A stretch of DNA of 64,000 nucleotides from Octopus vulgaris (Eukaryota), in assembly GCA_951406725.2 (NCBI GenBank), contig OX597814.1, positions 148,118,001-148,182,000 on the forward strand, given 5' to 3'. The position numbers and the translations under genes are program-made. Under the pieces are notes generated by a model that worked only from the letters and a program-made list of their open reading frames with translations, ran no database searches and had not been told where the DNA came from. Every line of letters starts with the position of its first letter. Position 1 is the stretch's first letter. Below are positions 1 through 12,960 of the stretch, one piece after another.

Positions 1-38
1 GACGATAGGCAATACACCTTGAAACCATGGTCCGTGTG
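1..38 (+). ncRNA. Upstream copy of the same hammerhead, cut by the window edge
   Basis: Identical to 361-398; predicted cleavage after position 32. Confidence 0.65.
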
Positions 39-352
39 TGGTTTCCGCTTCATCGGGGAATTACCTCCCTTTGCAGGTTAAGGACACCGTGACGGTGTCG
101 GGCCTTTCTGGTGACGTCGATGTTCGCCTGGGGCTAAATGCAACAGTAACACCCCCACCACCCTGCCCTGTCCCTAGCCATATTCAGATGGCTTTAGTCC
201 CTTATGTTATCGAACAGTTACTGTCTATATCTCTTTTAGAGAATTATTATTGCTTTCGAACAGATTTTCGAAATCAGCAAATGTATTTTGCTTGAAAATC
301 TATATATGAATATCCTGCAGAGTGAGAATTCGTCGAGGAAGCGGAAGCCTAC

Positions 353-398
353 CACACGCCGACGATAGGCAATACACCTTGAAACCATGGTCCGTGTG
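353..398 (+). ncRNA. Type I hammerhead ribozyme, variant core (CCGACGA)
   Basis: Stem I CACACG(353-358)/CGTGTG(393-398); core CCGACGA 359-365; stem II AGG/CCT around loop CAATACA; GAAA 381-384; palindromic stem III CCATGG; GUC triplet with predicted cleavage after 392. Stem I extends imperfectly over 314-437. Confidence 0.75.
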
Positions 399-562
399 TG
401 GTTTCCGCTTCATCGGGGAATTACCTCCCTTTGCAGGTTAAGGACACCGTGACGGTGTCGGGCCTTTCTGGTGACGTCGATGTTCGCCTGGGGCTAAATG
501 CAACAGTAACACCCCCACCACCCTGCCCTGTCCCTAGCCATATTCAGATGGCTTTACTTATG

Positions 563-600
<38 letters not shown>

Positions 601-639
601 GTGTGTATGTGTGTGCGTTTTTCTGTGTATGTACTTGTG

Positions 640-845
640 TGTATATATGTTTGTCCCCCACAATCGTTTGATAATCGATTTTTGCGTGTCTACGCCCCCG
701 TAACTTAGCAGTTTGATAAAAGTGTGCGACAAAATATTACTAGGCCTACAAAGAAGTCATGGGGTTGATTTGTTCGATTGAAAGGCGGTGCTCCAGCTTG
801 GCCGCGGTCAAATAACTCAAGCAAATAATAGAAATGAATAAAAGA
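640..845 (+). mobile_element. 3' part of a tRNA-derived SINE (family of 2157-2521)
   Basis: Tail GGCGGTGCTCCAGCTTGGCCGCGGTCAAATAACT...AATAAAAGA resembles the reverse complement of 2160-2215. Confidence 0.55.
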
Positions 846-901
846 ACATATACATACATACATACATGTATAGAAACATACCTACATGCATACATACACA
901 C

Positions 902-951
<50 letters not shown>

Positions 952-1042
952 GTACTGGTGACTTCAATGTTTGACATCCTTTGAAGGATTTCGATCCTCA
1001 CCTCTTTTATACATATATATATATGTATATATACATATACAC

Positions 1043-1110
<68 letters not shown>

Positions 1111-2156
1111 TGCGTCTAATATACGATAGTTACGAAATTTATGAGAATTAACGAATTATGAAAATTATTTTGTGCATATGCTACTGTCCTTGAAAATTTG
1201 CCATTCCTCCTCTCATATTTTGCCGCAGTACTAAATGTACCTGCTTTCTTGTAAAATTCCAATTGCATTTCTAGAGAAGGAACGTATTTGTCCATTGATG
1301 TTAGTGTCTAGCGAATTTCACTCGTTAATTGCAAACACTACATATTTGACGCGTAATTTGCACAGATAATAATGATCTTCTTCAACATTCAATTCGTGAC
1401 AAATTTAGTCACTTGTTAAATGTATTTAAGTGATTAATGTTGTCGTAGCTGTGGATGTTCAGACACATCTTGGTCTCGATCGAATAAAATTGACGACGAA
1501 AGATGTCCCTAATTGAACCGTACTGTTTTTGCATCACTCACAGAACACCGTGGGCGATATTACGGAAGATGTCAATAATCTATATGATACTGTGTGACTT
1601 TTAGGATTTGTTTACTACATTTTGCAGGTTGAACAACTTCACACAGCGTTTTTCCGAAATAGTCCATATATCTTGGTTTTTGAATGAAAGGTATAAATTT
1701 AAGAGGGAGTTTGTAACTCCATTTGCCTCGATTCTAAATATATCTTGTGATAAGTAAGACGGCAGAAAGGTTGTGACAACAGAGTTTGCGATTGCAGAAA
1801 CAGACAAAGGATTTAATCTCCGAAAGCAAGTAAGTCAAACAATGCACAAATATTTAAACAGCATAAGAAGCCCTGTCGCCACTCACTCGGTGCTTTTTCG
1901 CAAATTTTTTGGCAACTCAACTTACATGAATATTGTAGTAACTTCGATCAGATCTCGGTAAAACACGAATTCAGGAATTTACCATTAAAAAGAAAATCTG
2001 TTCAAGAGAGAATAATGTTCTGATAAATAACTTGAACTCTCTACTGTGGCCTCACCTGCTATGAAAAGACTGAAAAACCATATGGAAAATCAGTTCAGTC
2101 AATTGCTTCACGAAACTGAATGTCTTCGAGTCGTTGGTGAATTCAGTGTCTATATA

Positions 2157-2521
2157 TCTTTTACTCTTTTACTTGTTTCAGTCATTTCACTGCGGCCATG
2201 CTGGAGCAACGCCTTTAGTCGAGCAAATTTTCTATCGGTCTCTTTTGCCGAACCGCTGTGTTACGGGAACGTAAACAAACCAGCATCGGTCATCAAACGA
2301 GGTTTGGGGAACAAACGCAGACATACAAACATACACATATATACATATACATATATACGACTGGCTTCTTTCAGTTTCCGTCTACCAAATCCACTCACAA
2401 GGATTTGGTCAGCCCAAGGCCATAGTAGAAGACACTTGCCCAAGGTGCCATGCAGTGGGACTGAACCCGGAACCATGTGGTTGCTAAGCAAGCTACTTAC
2501 CACACGGCCACTCCTACGCCT
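2157..2521 (-). mobile_element. Full-length tRNA-derived SINE
   Basis: Minus strand: A box TGGCCGTGTGGT, B-box-like GGTTCAGTCC, core CACCTTGGGCAAGTGTCTT, internal (TA/CA) tract and A-rich tail. Related copies at 4540-4810 and 61238-61346. Confidence 0.8.
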
Positions 2522-4384
2522 ATATGGGTGCAAAGCCTAGGCGCTTGCGACCGGAAGCGAACGAAATATCTAGGCGTTCGTACACGATTATTTCAGAGAG
2601 TTGCAAATCATCATTTACATGGAGCTCTAAACAGTATAGCAATTCAAAAATTTATTAAAGATACTACTAGGCATGAACCAAACCTTGCTACATGCTGAAA
2701 GCTAACCTGGCACGCCAGAAAATGCAGGTAAAGTAAACCTTCATCAGACATCATCAAAACATTTACTTGTTTCAAGACTGTGGCCTGTTTTCATGTGAAA
2801 GGCTGGAATGAAGAGTGACTGCTGACTGCCGAACTGTTTGGAGTGGAAGTTTGGTGTGGTGATGGTGATGTGATCTTACTAGAATAAATAAGTTATCAGA
2901 ACTGGAATATGGTTGCATACCTCTTCGTGAAACCGTCTTAAATCACACCAAACAAGACATCCCAGAGACAGGTTAAAGGATACAGGGAATTTTAAGGGAT
3001 AACAGGATGAAAGACTCTTGTACATGATTGATTTATTGATTAAATGTAAATTTCCCTGCGAATGAACAAATTAAATATAACATTATGTACTAATGAGTAT
3101 CAGGTTAAATATAGAATTCCCTAATCTATAGCCGGTTGAAGATTTAATCAATATATCATTTAGGCAATCAATTATATTCAAAATTTTCCTAACATTATCT
3201 CCCGAAATTTTTACTATTTATATAGTAATGTAGTTTGTCCCTCGAATTAAGCAATTTATTTGATATTAGCGTTTATAATACGATGATAACAATAAAGGTG
3301 AAATTACACAAAGGGAAATGAAAGAAATTGATTGGAACAGAATGATAGATTAAAAAAGGGCTGTGGTTGTGCCTCGAAATATCAATGCCCATTAGTGAAG
3401 GTGTATCCATCATCATCAAAGAAAATGATAGAAAATTATCTGGATTTATACTCGTTGTGGTATATAAACAAGTACTAAATTATTTTGGAGATATATATAA
3501 ATTCTACTGGCAATTGACTAGCCTTCTTGCCTTCTACATAATTATTGCTAATCAAATTTCAAATGGCCCACTTAGTAAATATGTTAGTAATAATTCCACA
3601 GTATATTTCATTATTCTAATGAAATGGGTTACAATTAGACTTAACGTCGAGGCAACAATTTTCGTGGAAAAACAAGAATTCGCAGAATGAATGTAAATGT
3701 AAATGTAAATACGATCTTTTAAAATTACTAGGAAGTCAAATTGTCTACATATGTTCTACAGTTTCAAGAAACGCCTTGATTCGTGGAAAAAACGTGAAAT
3801 ATCAAAACACATAAACACAATGAGAGAGACACACATACAAACACTCATACACGCACGCACACATACATACACGCACACATACAAACGCAACGCACACATA
3901 TACACATATAGGTAAATCTAATGTATTTGCAGTAAACGCCGTTGAAAGAAACAAATGTAAATATGTGTTGTCATTCTCTTCGCAAACTGAAAAATAAGAA
4001 GATTATCTAGACATGATTTATACCTGGCTATCCCTTTAGCAAAGAATACGTATTCTTCAACGTATTAATAACGAAACGAACTTCATAGCAACCGCTATTC
4101 CAAATGCAAACAAGAGTTTAGCTGAAATGTGGGGTAACTGCAGGCAACACATCTGATATGGCTTGATTACAATGTTTTTAAAGCTGGTAAAGTTTGAACA
4201 TTCCCAGTAGTTTTAATGACCACTTCGATTAACATGTAAAAATAAATTTACGCTGCAAAATCATTATATATTCTTTCATAAAAATGAGAATTATATTTGC
4301 CACAAAATTTTTACTGGTGCGTATGCAAAAGCTTCCAGAAACTATGTGTATATATATGTGTGTATGCGTGTATATATATATAAC

Positions 4385-4810
4385 ACGTGATCACGTGACT
4401 GACCAGACCATCAGATGATGTTCGCATTGTTTTAGCCTTCGAATGACGCCACCCCGCTGGCTAAGCGAGCAGGCCAACAGAAGAAAGAGTGGGAGAAAGA
4501 GTGGTGAAAGACTAGAGCAAGGAGCACCATCGGTCCGTTTGCAAAACTGCCATGTTACGGGGATATGAACACACCAGCATAGGTTTTCAAGTGATGGTAG
4601 GCAGATAAACACACACACAAACATATCCAAACACAGAATCACACATACGAACACACACATATACAACGGGCTTCTTTCATTTTCCGTCTACCAAATTCAC
4701 TCTCAAAGCTTTCGTCGTCCCGATCCTATAGTAGAAGACACTTGGCCAAGGTGCTACGCAGTAGGTCTGAATCCAGAACCATGTGTTTGATAAGCAAGCT
4801 ACTTATTAAA
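4385..4810 (-). mobile_element. Composite of decayed SINE pieces
   Basis: 4540-4810 matches the 2157-2521 family; 4480-4530 matches the reverse complement of 45245-45310. Confidence 0.6.
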
Positions 4811-4815
4811 CAGTG

Positions 4816-4848
<33 letters not shown>

Positions 4849-4861
4849 ATATATATATATG

Positions 4862-4930
<69 letters not shown>

Positions 4931-5317
4931 TTATGTATGTATATACATACATAGGTTTAAACTTCGGCAGAAGGCCAGCAATTTTGTGATCGATTTACAT
5001 TGAGTCTTCAACCATACTTATTTTATCGACCCTGAAGTATCCACCTCGAAGGAATTTGAAATATGAACGTAATGTATGTGTGTGTGTATTAATATGAATT
5101 TAGCCCAGCGCCATATGATCAAAATTTCGTAGGCGCGCAGGAAGTGTCCCTCTTCTGGTATCTAATGTGAAGGACGCGTCCTACGCACTGAAGAAGGTCA
5201 TATGGAGTAGAGACAAGCCTATATATTAAAAAAAAACATTAACTCCTACCAGATGTGTTGATGGCGACTTCCTTCCGTTTGTATATTCATTCGTTTGTGT
5301 GCGTGTGTATATGTATG

Positions 5318-5445
<128 letters not shown>

Positions 5446-6240
5446 CATGTATACATACATGTGAGAATGGGTGTGTATGTGGTGTATGTCTGTGTTTGTA
5501 TGTGTGTATTAGTAACTTTGCCATTTCAAATTACACTTCGTCATTGAGTGAGCTACTTCTAGCTTGCCAGTTTCTCTCTCTCTCTCTCTTCTTTCTTTCT
5601 TTCTTTCTTTCTTATTTTGTTTTTGTTTTTGACATGTGCTGAGTGGAGTAGCGTGATTCAAATGTATGGGCATTAGAGCTTTGTAGTCTCATTAAAAGAA
5701 ATATATTTACGAGTAGTTTAATTACGTTAGCAAACAATCACTAAATTCTGGGAAGACGAGATTCTTGACCGAAGTGTGGAGGAGGCGTACAACGCACAGA
5801 TGTAAATAAAGAAGAAACTGAAAGGAACGTCAAAATTTAAGAGTATTCTTGGAAAAGTAAAACAAATTAACATACTTACATGCAAAAACAGATGACATTT
5901 TCTTTTTGTTTACTTCATTCAGTCGGTCTTAATTATTGTAAGAAAAGTAATGTTGTTTTTTTATGTTTGGAATGGCCTGGATTTAAGTGTACGCCGGTCA
6001 AATACAGATTAGATAATGTTGGTGCTAAGCGTATCTTTAACTGAATAAGAAACTTATATTTTTAGTACTACCGCGGTAGATTTGGAATAGTAAGGTGTTA
6101 TCTACGTGCATACACTTTTCATGAGTCGTGGTTATATAGATTTATATACTTACATATAGATATTTAAAATTTAAAAACAGAAATCCAAACGAAGCCCAGT
6201 GCGTTTTCAAATCCATTTCTCTCTCTCTCTGTATATGTGT

Positions 6241-6325
<85 letters not shown>

Positions 6326-7004
6326 TATATATATGTAAATTAATAATTTAAAATTTGAATTTAAATAATTTAAATTTTTATATTTTATATTTTATATATT
6401 TTGTATATTATATTAATTATTTTTCTTTTTATGTTTTGGTTTATGTTTTTCACTGTTTGATTTGCCTAATACTAGTTTTATCTCTAATTTAATTTATATA
6501 TATATACACACAAACAAATTAGTAACACCTACGTATATGTGTATATATATATATACATATAATACATAAAGTACAGGACATCACCAACGAATGAAAAATA
6601 CGTAACCACATATTGAGAGACAAAAATGGGAGAAAATAGCAAAAGAAGTCTTACCCCCTCCTCGGTTGTCGACTGTTAGTTACTCCCTATTTCAAGCTTT
6701 CAACGACAACGTAAGAAAACTTCATAAAACACCTGCATCCAGAAATCTTAAAAGTTTAAAATTTGTATAGATTTAGAGCTTCGAAGGAACAAACAAAGAC
6801 CGTGTGGACATTCAGAGTGAACAATCGACGAAGACAAACATTGAGGGCCGTTAGTCCAATGCGCATTGTAATGGGTAAGGCCTGGGAGAAAAGAATACTC
6901 ACACACACACAAATATATATATATATGTATACACACATACAAATATGTGTGAATGGGTGTGTATCTATGTGTTTGTATGCATACATACATACATACATAC
7001 ATAC

Positions 7005-7061
<57 letters not shown>

Positions 7062-7166
7062 AAAGTTAAATCCAAACATGAAAACACAAAGTGAAAACAC
7101 AACAACGCGAGGACGTGGAACAAATATAGTATTATTGGGCGCCCAGGAAGAAAGGGAAGTAGAATG

Positions 7167-7201
7167 GTTTAACGTTTCGAGCGGAGCTCTTCGTCAGAAA
7201 C
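7167..7201 (-). ncRNA. Minimal type I hammerhead ribozyme (Penelope-type)
   Basis: Minus strand reads GTTT-CTGACGA-A-GAGC-TCC-GCTC-GAAA-CG-TT-AAAC: canonical core boxes, 4-bp stem II, palindromic CG stem III, 4-bp stem I. Confidence 0.75.
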
Positions 7202-7232
7202 ATAGGAAAAGGAAAGATCCAGAGAAGGGAAG

Positions 7233-7338
7233 ACGTGCAAATGGCTGAGCATTCACAACGTGTACTTACACGTAGTTCTCGGGATAATCAGCGTGACACA
7301 GAGAGTGATAAGGCTACCCTTTGAAATACAAGTACAAC
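7233..7338 (-). mobile_element. SINE fragment (Nin-type domain)
   Basis: Reverse complement matches 12475-12590 (TGTATTTCAAAGGG..AGCCTT..CACTCTCTGTGTCACGCTGA). Confidence 0.7.
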
Positions 7339-7399
7339 GGTAGAGAGAGAGATTATATATATATATATATATAGAATTATATATATAGATAGATTGATT

Positions 7400-7473
<74 letters not shown>

Positions 7474-8341
7474 CAGATAGATAGATGGATAGGTGGATAG
7501 ATAGATGATAGCTGGATGGATGCAATCTATATACATACATATGTAGGTGTTACTCCTTTTTACGCATTCTCGCTTGTTAGTACTCAAATATATTTCTGCA
7601 TACATATACAAATGCGCATAGACATAAAACTAACTGAAAGAAAGAGACAATTACGTATATAGGTATATATAAATATACGTAAACAGAAATATATGCGGGT
7701 ATATTGGCCATTATGCGTATGCGTGTGTGTATAAATATATATAAAAACAAGATTTTAAGAATATATATATATATATGTAAATGGATGAATGAACTATCCT
7801 TTGTTTACCGTTAACATGGAAAATTCAATAAACAGTTACCAGTTTACTTATATATATATATATACAGGTGTATATATATATATTATACCAGCAAACAAAC
7901 ATGTTTACTTACAAACATTCATACATAAATACATATATACATAGAGAATACAAGGAAACGACGATGTGATGGAGAAACGTTACAAAGAAACAATCCAAAG
8001 TCCTATTAGTGGAGTTGTAGGAATCTGCAAAGTAATAAAGGATGTAATATTGCCCTTTGCCAGGGGTTACGTGAGAAACATTTCCCAAATGAGGAACTGC
8101 GCTAAAAGATTTTAGTATTTCTCTGAAAAGAATGCAGATAGTATTTCGTTACATAAGCGCTTCCACCAGAATTCGTTTGAATGTGTGAGCGTGTGTACAT
8201 ACACACACACACACATGTATATACACACATGCATATACACACACACCACACAAACATAAGCATTTCTGTACACACGTACATACAGCTATATTACGTATTC
8301 TTAAAGAAATATGCCCATACATGCATGTATACATACATATA

Positions 8342-8458
<117 letters not shown>

Positions 8459-9696
8459 GTATGTATATATATATATATATACATACTTAATTTATACGTA
8501 CGTATATAAATACTTCTCTCTATATACCAGTCGATAAATTGTGTGTATCTGAATCTTTGTTGAAATGTAAACTTTTCACCCTTAGATATACAGAAACGTT
8601 AGTTCATAAACATCTATGAATAAATCTTTATAAATTTAGGTTTCTCTCAAACACGTATAGGCTTTCTCACAAGTATTTATGTGAAAGTTTACGTACTGAA
8701 TCGAAATAAGATATAAAATTATAAAAGAAAAATAATATAAGCACACAAGGGAAAAATTTGATGATTTAGGCAGGTTTAAATGCTGTGTACAGGGTATACC
8801 TGAATATTTGCGTATTTTGCTTAGTTATGATGATTTTATTGGACAGAGCCCAGAACGTAGAATCTTAATCAAGAGACTTTTACAATAGCTGCTGGTTGTC
8901 TGAGGCTTTAAGAATAAATTACAATAGAAGGAAGCTGCTTAGAGACCTGTCGAATGGATCGTCACTGGATTCTCGAACGGATTGTTATCAACTGCATCAC
9001 CCTGCAGTGATGAACCTTAGGAATAATGATAATTATATTAGTATACATGTATTACTGAAATACTCAGATATTTCGCATATAAACACACAATGTATCTCAG
9101 TCAGTTCTGACAGATCACGTAGCAGTCCCAGCTTTGATTTCTGAGCACTGATTTCAAAATCTGCAGAAAGCTCTTTATATTTTCACACAGTTACGTTGGT
9201 GATGAATAATATACAGAGAAGATTCCTTCCTCAGCTTTATCTCACACTTTTCTCGCTTCATTCTGGACGTAATTTGGAAAGGGATTGATTTCGTTTGCTT
9301 TAACATTTACAAGACACGCCAAATATGAAACATTTTGCGCATTAACATGTTTTAGATATAAGGTAGTGACCACAAACACCATATCGAATAAAATATGCAT
9401 CAAAATAACGGCTGACTGGTGAAGAAAATGAATTTTAGCAATTTAAACAGAATATATATGTTAAGATAGTTATTTTCTACGTAATACTTTCTACACGAAG
9501 CACTCAAACATATATGCCTGTGAATGTGTTCCTGTGTACTTGTGTGTAAATTATACAGACTAATTCAGAGGATCTAAAACATTAGACGCATTAGTTGAGG
9601 TTGAGATGATCAGAAACTATAGACAACTGCTCTCAACACTTATAACATATATGGCGTATATAACTATTACTTATCTATCTATCTATCTATCTATCT

Positions 9697-10315
9697 GAAA
9701 GAATGTATCTGGTGGACGCGTCTGAAAGGATTGGAGACAAACACTTTCCTCTCTGGTCAATCTCTCATCAACTTCTTCAAGTACCACTTGAAAAGGAAAG
9801 TGAGAGTAGAGAGGCAAGTTTTGTCTAGCGAATGTTTTAAAAAAGATGGGTGAATGTAGCAAGAATGGCACGTATGAATGACGAAGCCACCTTGAGCATA
9901 GTCCTATGAACCCAGAAATCGAAAACAGAGAGTTGCTTATTTGCAAAAAAAAAAAAAAAAAAAAAAAGAAATATAAAATGTGACTTCATTGACCGAGGTT
10001 ACCGTGGTCTTTTCCGTAGGCTTTTCTTTCCACGGGTAAACCTCACCTGTCCTCCCCTTTACACTTCATATTGACATTTCTGTGATAACGATCCCTATTG
10101 ATCAATTTTTTTTTTTTTTTTTTTTTTTTTCTTCCTCTCCCCCTTTTTTTAACCCCCCTTTTTTTTTGTCCTCCTTCTCTCCTTTTACGATCCCTTTTGA
10201 TCGAAACTCCCCCTTACTTTTTTTTTTTTTTTTTTTTTTTAAACATTCAAAAGAAAAGCTCTACCTTGTAATTTGTTCTATCTGTGTGCAGCCCTGTGTG
10301 GCTAATAAAGAAACA

Positions 10316-10316
<1 letters not shown>
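9697..10316 (+). mobile_element. 5'-truncated L1/Tx1-like non-LTR retrotransposon 3' end within (TATC)n
   Basis: Reads KECIWWTRLKGLETNTFLSGQSLINFFKYHLKRKVRVERQ, then a frameshift to RWVNVAR, resembling a Tx1/L1 ORF2 C-terminus. T-rich 3' UTR with AATAAA near 10303; (ATCT)n on both sides. Confidence 0.55.
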
Positions 10317-10377
<61 letters not shown>

Positions 10378-10405
10378 CCTATCTATCTATCTATCTATCT
10401 ATCTA

Positions 10406-10444
<39 letters not shown>

Positions 10445-10457
10445 GTATCTATCTATG

Positions 10458-10520
<63 letters not shown>

Positions 10521-11619
10521 GTATCTATCTATGTATCGATCTATGTATCTATCTATCTATCTATCTCCTTACGTATGCATGTATATATCTGTTTGGTTTT
10601 AAGCCTGTCTGTGCGTATATATGTATATTCTTAAAGCTATCTCTATCATTGTACTTTTTCAGGATATCAAGTAGTTTTTGTTTGACACAAGTGTTAATCA
10701 TGGACCTTTCACTTACTTTTCGTCTTAATTTGTTTTAGGCCTTATTTTCATGTTGTTTCTATTATATATCTTTCAAATTTAGGGGCATTTAGTTCCATAC
10801 AAGAAATGTAACACCACAGTTCCCTTTGTATTTCCCATTTGTTTTATCAATTATAAGGGTGACAAAAATCTGAAACATAAACAAAAAGTAAAACTGAGTT
10901 AGGAAGGAAATTAAGTTATCACACAATTGCCATAACAAGAGGAAATCCTAGGAGAATAGATAGAAATATTGATAACAAAATGACACGCATTTTATTACCC
11001 CAAAAATTTTTTTAACAATTATAAAATTGCTTGAATCGTAGATGCATTTAAAATTTGAATTTGATTTTGAAAATGCTTCTGAAGGAAGAAAGAGTAAGGG
11101 TAAATGTTAACATTTGCTAACCTGACGGACATTTCGTCGCCATTATAATCTATTGTTATTCCAAGTCCACATATTGTTTTAAATTTAGCCTCACCAGCTT
11201 TCACACAAATCAGTGAATGTCGGCATTTTTATCCGAACGAGGATTTGGATTTTGCTCATAATCTTTTGGTGTATTTGTCACTGAGGAGACGAAATCAAGT
11301 GTAAACCAATTTCTGATAATCTGTGGACGACATTCTGAACAAAATCTGTGTTTCTTCTAAAATATAACCTCTTTACAAATATTTCTATAAGACAAACTAT
11401 CATAGTTATTACCGTTTGAAGATTTTATACAAATTATAAATATTTTACACATTGTTGTTTTCAGAAATTGTTGTTTCAAATACATATTGATTTATCCATA
11501 CTTGCATGTATACATACTTACATAAATAAATACATACATACATACATACATACATACATACATACATACATACATACATACATACAAACATACATACACA
11601 TCCTGCAATATTGTGCCGT

Positions 11620-12960
11620 AGTAACTGTGCACCAACAGATGGGAGTAGGAAAGACCCAGCAAAAGCTAATATGTATTGTCTCCCTTCATGATAACATCAA
11701 GAAACTTGGGAAAACGATATGACAACTGGTTCCTATCACCAAATGCAAGGCTAAAAATGAATTTACAAATCGCCAGCTACAACGTCATAATATGCTCTCC
11801 AAATTGGTTGGATATTACCACTAAGGAACACACAGGAAAACATATCACCCTCAAGCATGACCTACAAGCGGTAAATGAAAAACCTCGTTGTTGTAAAAAA
11901 TTAGATGAATGAAGAATGATTAACCTAAAGTTCACAAGTTATATATTGCAGTATGAAAGGCAATAACATCTGCCCGGAAAGATTTAAACTCCTTTTGGCA
12001 GGGAATTTGGAATGTAAGCAAAGAACACAACCGCGATGCAGCATGGTTGAACGACCTACAAGAAGAGTATAGAATAAACGCCTCTCTCAAAACTTATAAC
12101 ATCACGAGTGAAACACTCCTAACGGTTATTATGACACTGTCTCACTCACGGGTCATAGAATCACTATACATTTCCCGAATAGTAGATGCTATGATGAATG
12201 TCATTGAGAAACTGACTGCAACATAGTGTATATAATTATCACTGAGGACTACTAAAGCAAAATCTATTGATACAAAGAGTATTAAGATATCAATAGGCAT
12301 ATTCCAGAGTAACAGTTTATCTGTAATGTTGTTTGTGTGAGGGCGCGTGGCTTAGTGGTTAGGGCATTCGGCTCATGATCTTAAGGTTGTGAGTTCGATT
12401 CCCGGCGACGCGTTGTGTCCTTGAGCAAGACACTTTATTTCACGTTGCTCCAGTCCACTCAGCTGGCAAAAATGAGTTGTACTTGTATTTCAAAGGGTCA
12501 GCCTTGTCACTCTCTGTGTCACGCTGATTATCCCCGAGAACTACGTTAAGGGTACACGTGTCTGTGGAATGCTCAGCCATTTGCACGTTAATTTCACGAG
12601 CAAGCTGTTCCGTTGATCGTATCAGCTGGGACCCTCGTCGTCGTAACCGGCGGAGTCAAAAGAAAGAAAGAAAGAAAGAGAATGTTGTTTGTACTAGAAG
12701 TGAATCCGTTGTTAGCCCCGTTAAATTCCAAGGCTACATGCAGGCATATGCAGAAAATAATAAACTTAATGTCACCCATGTCATTAATGTTCATATATCT
12801 ATGGAAGACATCACAGGTGTTTAGCCACTGCCCAAAACACTCATCATCAAAGTACTATCCGCTTATACAAAACGACGTCGCAAAAACAGTATATAATGCC
12901 ACCTGGGAAAATGACTGACCAAGAATAATTGAATTATTGAATGCATATGCAACCTTCAAC
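11620..12960 (+). mobile_element. Decayed R4/Dong-clade LINE RT remnant interrupted by a SINE
   Basis: FWQGIW..HNRDAAWLNDL near 11995-12060; RT motif GIFQSNSLSVMLF|VLEVNPL is split exactly by the SINE. Confidence 0.7.
12337..12680 (+). mobile_element. Full-length tRNA-derived SINE (Meta-like core plus Nin-like domain) with 12-bp TSD
   Basis: A box TGGCTTAGTGG, B box GTTCGATTCC, GTGTCCTTGAGCAAGACAC core and (AAAG)n tail. TSD AATGTTGTTTGT at 12325-12336 and 12681-12692. Confidence 0.9.

Larger units (their letters stand above)
1..556 (+). repeat. End of a 360-bp tandem repeat array (candidate non-LTR retrozyme)
   Basis: 1-196 is identical to 361-556 (period 360). The second copy breaks off into (TA)n. 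The unit is GC-richer than its surroundings and contains several hairpins and an HHR motif. Confidence 0.9.

Noticed and set aside
505-556. Twister-like words (TAACAC...GTCCCTAGCC) and HDV-like GCTAA in the repeat unit
   Set aside because: Required pseudoknot partners and closing strands could not be found.
38-703. ORFs 38-295 and 398-703 with identical N-termini
   Set aside because: GTG starts, no recognisable domain; they arise from the 360-bp repeat, and the second runs into a microsatellite.
11019-11204. ORF with faint resemblance to the Helitron 'VVPYN..F..HINVE' region
   Set aside because: Too few conserved residues to support by eye.
11281-11300. CTGAGGA-GAC-GAAA-TC hammerhead-like words
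   Set aside because: No stem II and no stem I pairing.
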